From Nanobdellota archaeon (GTDB lineage Archaea; Nanobdellota; Nanobdellia; Woesearchaeales; GW2011-AR4), in contig JBBSWH010000006.1 of assembly GCA_038046385.1 (NCBI GenBank), forward strand, positions 96,001-160,000: a stretch of 64,000 nt of DNA. Direction: 5' to 3'. The notes under the pieces were generated by a model. The model had not been told where the DNA came from. It worked only from the letters and a program-made list of their open reading frames with translations, and made no database searches. Shown here in pieces: positions 57,272-64,000 of the stretch. Both the position numbers and the translations under genes were made by a program. Every line of letters begins with the position of its first letter. Position 1 is the stretch's first letter.

Positions 57272-60200
57272 ACAAAAAAATATTTTTAATAATGATTGCA
57301 GTTTTTATAATTGCATTTTCATTTAATGTGTATGCTGACGAAATAGGGTGCTGCTCAAACCCTGCAGCAGGATCATGGGCATGCTCATCAGACCTTGCAA
57401 ACAGGGATGCGCAGTGTTGCCCTCCACAGGCTGCAAATCCGTCATATTATAAGCCTCAAAATCCAGACGGGCCGGTTGATTACAATGCATGCAAAAATTC
57501 ATTTTTTGCTGTAGGACAAAATTGCAGGAATGTTGAAGCATGCAATCAGGGATGCTGCTGTTCAGACACAGGAGGAACAGTAAAATCAAAAATACAATGC
57601 ACTGGCTCCGGTGAAATTTTTGATGAAAGCGATCCAACATGCGCAAATTGCGCAGATCCACAATGCAATGACGGAATAGATAATGACAACAATGGATGCT
57701 CAGATTTCCAGGGCGGAGATTCCGGATGCACAGACTCAAGTGATACTTCAGAAGCAAGAGGAACATGCCTTGGGCAGTCTGGAGGATGCCTTGACTCATT
57801 ATATAATCCAAAACTTTCAAGCTTGATAATCACTCAAGTCATCGGACAGAAAAAATTATTTTTGAGGTGGATTGATGAATGCGGTCAAAACGCAGTTTCA
57901 TATGATATATCCAGATGCAAAGGACAGGACTGCACAAATTTGGTTTTTGTAACAACTTCTGCAACAAACTCCTTTGAAGATTCTTCAGCAGAGCTTGAAT
58001 ATGACACGATGTACACTTACCAAGTTAAGGCGCATTACTCTCCGCAATCTTCAACACCGACTGTAAAAGGATACGGAACACTTGGAAATAAGGAATGCAG
58101 CAGCGGCGCCTCAAAAGTATGCGTCGGCAACATTGCATATTCATGCGTTGCGGGAAAGCTTGTAAAATTAAGCGAATGCGCATCAACGCAGGCATGCGTA
58201 ATAAGTAATGACGAGCCAAAATGCCTTAATAAAGACAATTGCAATTATAATGAAGCAAATCCTTTTGGATTGTTTTACACAAAACAAATTTGTGAAAACG
58301 AAAAATACTGCTTTTATGACAAATCTGTAACCAGCGTTAATCGGTGCTTTTCTTGCAATCCTACAATGGCATGCTATGACTATAAATCAAAAGATTCCTG
58401 TGAAACTGATAATTGCGGAGTAAACAGCTGCCAATGGAAAGAATCAATAAGCCAGATAGGGATAGGAGCGTGCGTAAAAACAACAGACTACAACTGCAAG
58501 TGGTGCAGCACGCAAGGAACAGTAGGAATGCAAAATATTTTAGCGTACAACCAGGTCTTTGACATCTGCACTGCAGAAAAAACATCTTTGCTTTCATTGA
58601 CAAATTTCAAATGCTTTCTTAACGGAAACAAGGCAAGCGGATGCGACGAGACAAAATGCTCAGATTATGATGTTTCACAGTGCAGCGCACTCCCAATAAC
58701 TCACAATTCCAAGAATGAAATAACTCGTTTTTCAACAGACCAGTGCGGCATAAAAGTATGTCAGAACATAAATAACAAATGCGTCAAGAATGCAGACGGA
58801 GATGCAATTCCTGATTGCGCAAGCGCAACCAACTCAAGCTTCTGTGAAGGTGATTATTTTGCGCCAAACACAACAATAACAGCAACAACAACAATTTCAG
58901 CAAACACCCAGAAAAATATAATAGACACGCTGCTGATACAGATAAAGGATAAGTCAAGCTACAAAGGGGATTATTTCCTTAAGATGTCTTCTGATTACTC
59001 AACATTTGTATGCCTAGGATCATGCACAAGCGGGCATCCTTTTGCGGCATATACTAAAGGCAGAAAAATAGTAATTTCAAATCTTGGAGCATACGACGGA
59101 AGCAATGGCAGCAAAATGCTTACATTAACAGAAGGAAAAAATATAATAAATTATTACTCCCAGGATCCGTCAAAAAATATAGGAACAGTTCAGACGATTG
59201 AAATATTTGCGTATGACAACACCACTGGTCCAAAAATATTTTATTTTAATGTGACAGGAAGCTCATCTGCGAATGATATTTTCTATACAAATCAAAAAAG
59301 GCCTAACATTAGAGTTATATTCTTTGAAAAAGCAACAATAACCAGCGCAAGATTAATTTCAAAAGACAGGAAAAGGATAATCTCATTAGATATTCCGAGC
59401 GGAGAAGACACAATATTCAATTTAAACGCCCAAAGCGACGCGTCTGACGGAGAATACACTTTTGAACTGCAGGCAAAAAATTCTAAAAATATTTTCATGC
59501 AGACATTCACTGCAGCAGTTGTTGTAGACACAATAAAGCCGAAAATAACAGTGACTCCTGCAGAAGGAACTTTGATAACAGAAGACAAGCCGGTTCAGGT
59601 AACCTTGTCGTTCAATGAGATTGTAATCCTTGATTTGGTAACAATAAATTCTCAAAATATAAAAGATAAGCTAACAACAACAAACAACAAAGATTTTACC
59701 GGAGCAGTTTCTGTAAGCGACGGCAACAAGGCGCTGCAGGTTAATGCAAGAGATTTTTCAGGCAACGCAATAACAAATACAACAAGATTCGTTATGGACG
59801 CAAAGCCAATGGACATAACGATTGCAAAGCCGAAATACGGAGTTGCTCCAGACTATTCTTTTGAATTTGCAGTCACAACAGACAACAATGCAAACTGCAG
59901 GTTTGCAATCGATGATGACGATGAATACGATTTTATGCAAGCATTCGGCATTACAACTGGCATTTTACACTCAAAGCAAGGTGTTTCAATAAGAAACGGA
60001 GATAACAGCACCCATAAATTTTACGTCAAATGCAAAGACGCAAAAAATACAATTTTCTCAAAAGATTTTGATATAAGCGTGGACAAGACAAAGCCCATAA
60101 TAAAAAACTCGTTCGCATTCCCAGCAGTCGTGGCAGATGATCCGTATATTTCTTCTTTGAATGCGCAGACAGATGAACCAACTATATGCAAATTCAGCAC

Positions 60201-63200
60201 AACAAGCTCGTTATTTGACTCCATGGATGGAAAGTTTGACGGAGTTGACACCGAAACATTTAGTACAATAAATACAAAATCAATGCAATTAACGTTAACA
60301 GGCGATTATTCATATAATGTAGTGTGCAGGAACAAAGCAGGATTAGATTCAGACGCTGCAACTATAAAATTCAAAGTTGATCCAAATACGCAATTGAAGA
60401 TAACACCACACACCCCTTATTTCTTTAATTCGACAACCGCAACGCTTGCAGTTGAAACCAACAGAAATGCGACGTGCAGATATTCACAGAATGAAGATAT
60501 GTCTTCATCAGACTTGTTTGGACCTTCAGGATATTCCCATATAAGAAGCACCGTACTTAGCGAAGGAAAATACAAATTTTATATCTCATGCAAGGACAAA
60601 TCAGGGCAGGCAACAGACAGCATTAATGTTGAATTTGTTGTCGATACATCTGCCCCTATAATGCTCAATGTTAATGACACAAGCACGCTTAATATTTCTC
60701 CCGAAAGAACATGCAATAATACCCTCCTTCGCGTCAAATGGAACGGAGAAGACCCACAATCTGGCATAAAATTGTTCTCTTATTCAATCCATAAAAAATC
60801 AAATAATGCAAAAATAGGAAATTCAAAAGTTTCTTTCCAAAAAGATGAATGGGAATGGATATACAATCTGGACCTTGAAGACGGAATGGACTACATTTTC
60901 AAAGTGCTTGCTACAAATTATGTAGAAATGAATAGCAGTCCAATGAGCAGCGACGGCATAAAGGTGCAGGCCTCGGCATGCGCTCCGCCTCCAGAATGCG
61001 GAGATAATAAAATCAACAATGCAGGAGAAGAATGTGACAGGAGCACATTTGGCTCTATAAATGGTTGTCTTCAATACACTAATTTTATAGGTGGCACATT
61101 AAAATGCACAAACGATTGCAAACTCGATAACTCAGGATGTGAAAGAGCCCCATTATGCGGCAACAGCATGCTTGATCCAGGAGAAGCCTGCGACGGAACT
61201 AAGTTAGGAAGCATCAAGGCATGCACAGACTATGCTGATTCATTCTCAGGAGGCACATTAAAGTGCACACCCACATGCCAGCTTGACACAACAGGATGCA
61301 CAGAAAAGCCAAAATGCGGCAATAACTTCATTGATGTCGGAGAAGCCTGCGACGGAACCAAGTTAGGAATATCTAGCAATAAGTGTTTAGACTACAGTTC
61401 TACTTTTAGCGGAGGAAACTTAACCTGCAATAAATGCGCTTTAGACACAGCAGGATGCCAAGGCGTTGCAGGAGGAATTTGCGGAGATGGTATAATCAAT
61501 CTCGGAGAAGCCTGCGACGGAACTAAGTTAGGAAGCATCAAGGCATGCACAGACTATGCTGATTCATTCTCAGGAGGCACATTAAAGTGCACATCAACCT
61601 GCCAATTAGATACAGCAGCATGCACAGAAAAGCCAAAGTGCGGAAATAGCTTTATCGATGTTGGAGAATCCTGCGACAGCAGCACTCTTGGAATAAAAAG
61701 CAGCGCGTGCTTGAATTATAGCGAAGACTTTAGCAAAGGGACATTAAAATGCGCAAACGATTGCAAACTCGACACAACAGAATGCGGAAAAACACCAACT
61801 TGCGGCAACAATAAGCTTGACACCGGTGAACTTTGTGATGGCACACAGTTTGGAAGAATGACGGATTTAAGCTGCAATGCCTTTAGCCAACATTTTGCAA
61901 ATGGAAGCGTTTCATGCAAATCCTGCAAAATATCCACAGATCAATGTGCGTCAAACAAGACAAGCGTGCTTACCTGCAAAGATAGCGGAACATGCAAGAA
62001 AGGAGATAGGTGCAGCGACAACTCTGATTGTGAAACGAGATACTGCGCAAACGGAGCATGCGGAGAGAATTCTTGCAGCGACCGTGTTAAAAATCCATAC
62101 GAATCTGATGTTGACTGCGGCGGGCCGTGCCCAAAATGCAGGGAAAACCTGGACTGCTATGAAAACAAGGACTGCGCTACAGGATTATGCAGCATAGGCA
62201 AATGCAAGCCGTCACAGTCATGTTTTGACAGGGCATTTACACAGGGAGAAAGCGATATTGATTGCGGCGGAATCTGCCCTGTAAAATGCGAGGAGACGGG
62301 GCATTGCAACACTGATGAAGACTGCGGAAGAGGATTAACCTGCTATTCATCCTCATGCACAGCATCAAAAAAAGAGGTAATAGAACAACCCACTAATACT
62401 GACACAGACGGGGATGGGATGCCGGACAGTTGGGAAATAGAAAACGGACTGGATCCAAATGACCCTTCAGATGCAGCATTAGATTCTGATAATGATGGAT
62501 TGACAAACCTTGAAGAGTTTGAATTTTACAACACTTATGGAACGAGCACAGACCCAAACAATTCTGATACAGACAACGACGGCCAATCTGACAAGGAAGA
62601 AGTAGACAGCGGGACAAATCCAATAGATCCAGAAGATTTCAAGAAATCCGGCTTTGGCACAATACTTATGTTTATTTTTGGAATATTGATAATGATTTCA
62701 GGCTTTGGATACCTTGCTTATAGAGTAATATCAAAAAGGAATGAACGCTCATTTGACACTTCAGCAAGAACTCTAACAATGACAAGGCAGTCAATGCAGC
62801 AACAGACTACCAGGGTGCAGCCGACAGCAAGGCCGCAGATGCAGCCTAGAATAAGGACGGCAGGAGACGTTTTCAGGAGAAAAGAAGAAGAAAAGGGAAA
62901 AGAAAGACAGAGGTTATTTGAGTCGTTCGAATCAGGAAAGAAAACAGAAAAGACAGAGCAGGAACAGAAGCCAAACCAAAAAGAAAATACAAAAATAGGA
63001 AAAACAGAGCAGAAGCCTGAACAAAAAGAAAAGCCAAAAACAGGAAGAACAGAACAAAAAATAGACTACCAACATGAACAAAAAGAAAAGCCAAAATCTG
63101 AAAAACATACAGCAGCTCAAAAAGCAGTTCCAAAATCACACTCCAAAAAACAATCAGCGAAGCAGGAAGATGTTTTTGCAAAGCTGAAGGGCATAGCGGA

Positions 63201-63213
63201 AAAAAAGAGATAA
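57268..63213 (+). CDS. Giant membrane-anchored surface protein (Cys-rich, FN3/Ig-like, TSP3-like Ca-binding repeats)
   Basis: Signal peptide, C.DG.DND.NG, several VDT..P Ig-like ends, six CG...GE.CD repeats, DTDGDGMPD.WE, TM helix and charged tail. Confidence 0.85.
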   Translation: MNKKIFLIMIAVFIIAFSFNVYADEIGCCSNPAAGSWACSSDLANRDAQCCPPQAANPSYYKPQNPDGPVDYNACKNSFFAVGQNCRNVEACNQGCCCSDTGGTVKSKIQCTGSGEIFDESDPTCANCADPQCNDGIDNDNNGCSDFQGGDSGCTDSSDTSEARGTCLGQSGGCLDSLYNPKLSSLIITQVIGQKKLFLRWIDECGQNAVSYDISRCKGQDCTNLVFVTTSATNSFEDSSAELEYDTMYTYQVKAHYSPQSSTPTVKGYGTLGNKECSSGASKVCVGNIAYSCVAGKLVKLSECASTQACVISNDEPKCLNKDNCNYNEANPFGLFYTKQICENEKYCFYDKSVTSVNRCFSCNPTMACYDYKSKDSCETDNCGVNSCQWKESISQIGIGACVKTTDYNCKWCSTQGTVGMQNILAYNQVFDICTAEKTSLLSLTNFKCFLNGNKASGCDETKCSDYDVSQCSALPITHNSKNEITRFSTDQCGIKVCQNINNKCVKNADGDAIPDCASATNSSFCEGDYFAPNTTITATTTISANTQKNIIDTLLIQIKDKSSYKGDYFLKMSSDYSTFVCLGSCTSGHPFAAYTKGRKIVISNLGAYDGSNGSKMLTLTEGKNIINYYSQDPSKNIGTVQTIEIFAYDNTTGPKIFYFNVTGSSSANDIFYTNQKRPNIRVIFFEKATITSARLISKDRKRIISLDIPSGEDTIFNLNAQSDASDGEYTFELQAKNSKNIFMQTFTAAVVVDTIKPKITVTPAEGTLITEDKPVQVTLSFNEIVILDLVTINSQNIKDKLTTTNNKDFTGAVSVSDGNKALQVNARDFSGNAITNTTRFVMDAKPMDITIAKPKYGVAPDYSFEFAVTTDNNANCRFAIDDDDEYDFMQAFGITTGILHSKQGVSIRNGDNSTHKFYVKCKDAKNTIFSKDFDISVDKTKPIIKNSFAFPAVVADDPYISSLNAQTDEPTICKFSTTSSLFDSMDGKFDGVDTETFSTINTKSMQLTLTGDYSYNVVCRNKAGLDSDAATIKFKVDPNTQLKITPHTPYFFNSTTATLAVETNRNATCRYSQNEDMSSSDLFGPSGYSHIRSTVLSEGKYKFYISCKDKSGQATDSINVEFVVDTSAPIMLNVNDTSTLNISPERTCNNTLLRVKWNGEDPQSGIKLFSYSIHKKSNNAKIGNSKVSFQKDEWEWIYNLDLEDGMDYIFKVLATNYVEMNSSPMSSDGIKVQASACAPPPECGDNKINNAGEECDRSTFGSINGCLQYTNFIGGTLKCTNDCKLDNSGCERAPLCGNSMLDPGEACDGTKLGSIKACTDYADSFSGGTLKCTPTCQLDTTGCTEKPKCGNNFIDVGEACDGTKLGISSNKCLDYSSTFSGGNLTCNKCALDTAGCQGVAGGICGDGIINLGEACDGTKLGSIKACTDYADSFSGGTLKCTSTCQLDTAACTEKPKCGNSFIDVGESCDSSTLGIKSSACLNYSEDFSKGTLKCANDCKLDTTECGKTPTCGNNKLDTGELCDGTQFGRMTDLSCNAFSQHFANGSVSCKSCKISTDQCASNKTSVLTCKDSGTCKKGDRCSDNSDCETRYCANGACGENSCSDRVKNPYESDVDCGGPCPKCRENLDCYENKDCATGLCSIGKCKPSQSCFDRAFTQGESDIDCGGICPVKCEETGHCNTDEDCGRGLTCYSSSCTASKKEVIEQPTNTDTDGDGMPDSWEIENGLDPNDPSDAALDSDNDGLTNLEEFEFYNTYGTSTDPNNSDTDNDGQSDKEEVDSGTNPIDPEDFKKSGFGTILMFIFGILIMISGFGYLAYRVISKRNERSFDTSARTLTMTRQSMQQQTTRVQPTARPQMQPRIRTAGDVFRRKEEEKGKERQRLFESFESGKKTEKTEQEQKPNQKENTKIGKTEQKPEQKEKPKTGRTEQKIDYQHEQKEKPKSEKHTAAQKAVPKSHSKKQSAKQEDVFAKLKGIAEKKR
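60997..61950 (+). repeat. Six tandem ~53-aa Cys-rich coding repeats
   Basis: CG(N/D)....GE.CD...G....C......GG.L.C...C.LD...C; 61180-61269 and 61504-61593 are an exact 90-bp match. Confidence 0.9.
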
Positions 63214-63218
63214 ATCTT

Positions 63219-63719
63219 ATGAAAAAAGCGCAGCTTTACGGACATATTTTTATTTACATTCTGACAATAACGGTTACATCATTCATACTGTTATACGGCT
63301 ACAATGCGATAAAAAACTTTCAGGACAAGACAGACCAGGCTTCGTGCATCAAGTTCAGGAATGACCTGAAATCAGCTGTTTATACGATAATGAGCGACTA
63401 CGGGACTGTCAAGAGAAAAGATATTGAACTTTGCTCAAATTACAACAAAGTTTGCTTTGTGGAAACATACAGACAGATAAATAGGGATAATCCAACTTCA
63501 AACTCAAATCCAATTGATCCAATAATAAAAGACAGCATAATATCAAAAACAGAAAAGAATGTTTTTCTTGTTGCAGATGTAGCAAAAGACGGCTTTTACA
63601 TAGGCAATGTAACTGTAGATGCAAACTTTGATGTTTACTGCGTTAATGCACAGAACGGCAAGATAAGCTTAAAATTAGAAGGAATGGGAGACAGTGTTTA
63701 TGTTTCAAAATGGGAATGA
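63219..63719 (+). CDS. Pilin-like class III signal-peptide protein
   Basis: MKKAQ followed by hydrophobic helix IFIYILTITVTSFILLYGY. Confidence 0.75.
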   Translation: MKKAQLYGHIFIYILTITVTSFILLYGYNAIKNFQDKTDQASCIKFRNDLKSAVYTIMSDYGTVKRKDIELCSNYNKVCFVETYRQINRDNPTSNSNPIDPIIKDSIISKTEKNVFLVADVAKDGFYIGNVTVDANFDVYCVNAQNGKISLKLEGMGDSVYVSKWE

Positions 63720-63725
63720 TTTTTC

Positions 63726-64000
63726 ATGGACAAAAAAGGATTTGAGATACAGTTCAACTGGATATTTGTTCTTGTGGCAGGCACAGCCATACTCCTGTTT
63801 TTTTCTGGGATAATAATAAAACAAAAAGATGTTTCAGAAACAACAACAAAAGCAGCTGTTTTGAAGAATGTCGATTCTATTATTGCTTCAAACAGCGCAA
63901 GAGAAGACATAACTACATCAACAGAAATTCCATTGTCTACAATAGAGATAAGCTGCAACAAAATCACATCCGGAAAAGTGGCAAAACAGTTTTCCAGATC
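63726..64000 (+). CDS. Pilin-like class III signal-peptide protein (partial)
   Basis: Manual translation MDKKGFEIQFNWIFVLVAGTAILLFFSGIII...; runs off the window. Confidence 0.7.
   Translation, partial: MDKKGFEIQFNWIFVLVAGTAILLFFSGIIIKQKDVSETTTKAAVLKNVDSIIASNSAREDITTSTEIPLSTIEISCNKITSGKVAKQFSR

Noticed and set aside
484-63967. Numerous antisense or nested ORFs of 60-200 aa in the ORF track
   Set aside because: They are shadows of well-supported genes on the opposite strand or frame, with biased composition and no motifs.
1-64000. tRNA or rRNA genes
   Set aside because: None recognised; the GC-rich intergenic hairpins lack cloverleaf D- and T-loop motifs.

Overview
Archaeal chromosome segment. 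The gene set and the many KKGQ/KKAQ-type class III signal-peptide proteins suggest a DPANN/Woesearchaeota-like lineage (inference). Left to right: (1) pelota, acs, TrmB, split transketolase, bacterial-type IspA, DRG GTPase, and aroK-like-pheS-pheT preceded by a candidate Phe-rich leader peptide; (2) the S10-spc ribosomal protein superoperon on the minus strand (13.5-29.6 kb); (3) a ~10 kb accessory island (29.9-39.5 kb) of toxin-antitoxin-like pairs, Bro-N remnants, a DUF2075 helicase + MazG-like pair, a PD-(D/E)XK nuclease and a Fic protein; (4) a likely oriC followed by cdc6-PolD, aIF2-beta, RPA, MCM, TBP and Rpp30; (5) a cluster of giant Cys-rich surface proteins and pilin-like genes. The main unexplained signal is a 33-bp element, ACCACTGGACAT-N7-TGAAATATWTAAAG. 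It marks module boundaries in the left half of the island (five full copies plus one degenerate) and also forms the MCM promoter. Other signals are hypervariable palindromes inside Bro-N coding sequences and four families of paired, structured intergenic elements. All calls come from reading the sequence and ORF track; no database searches were run.
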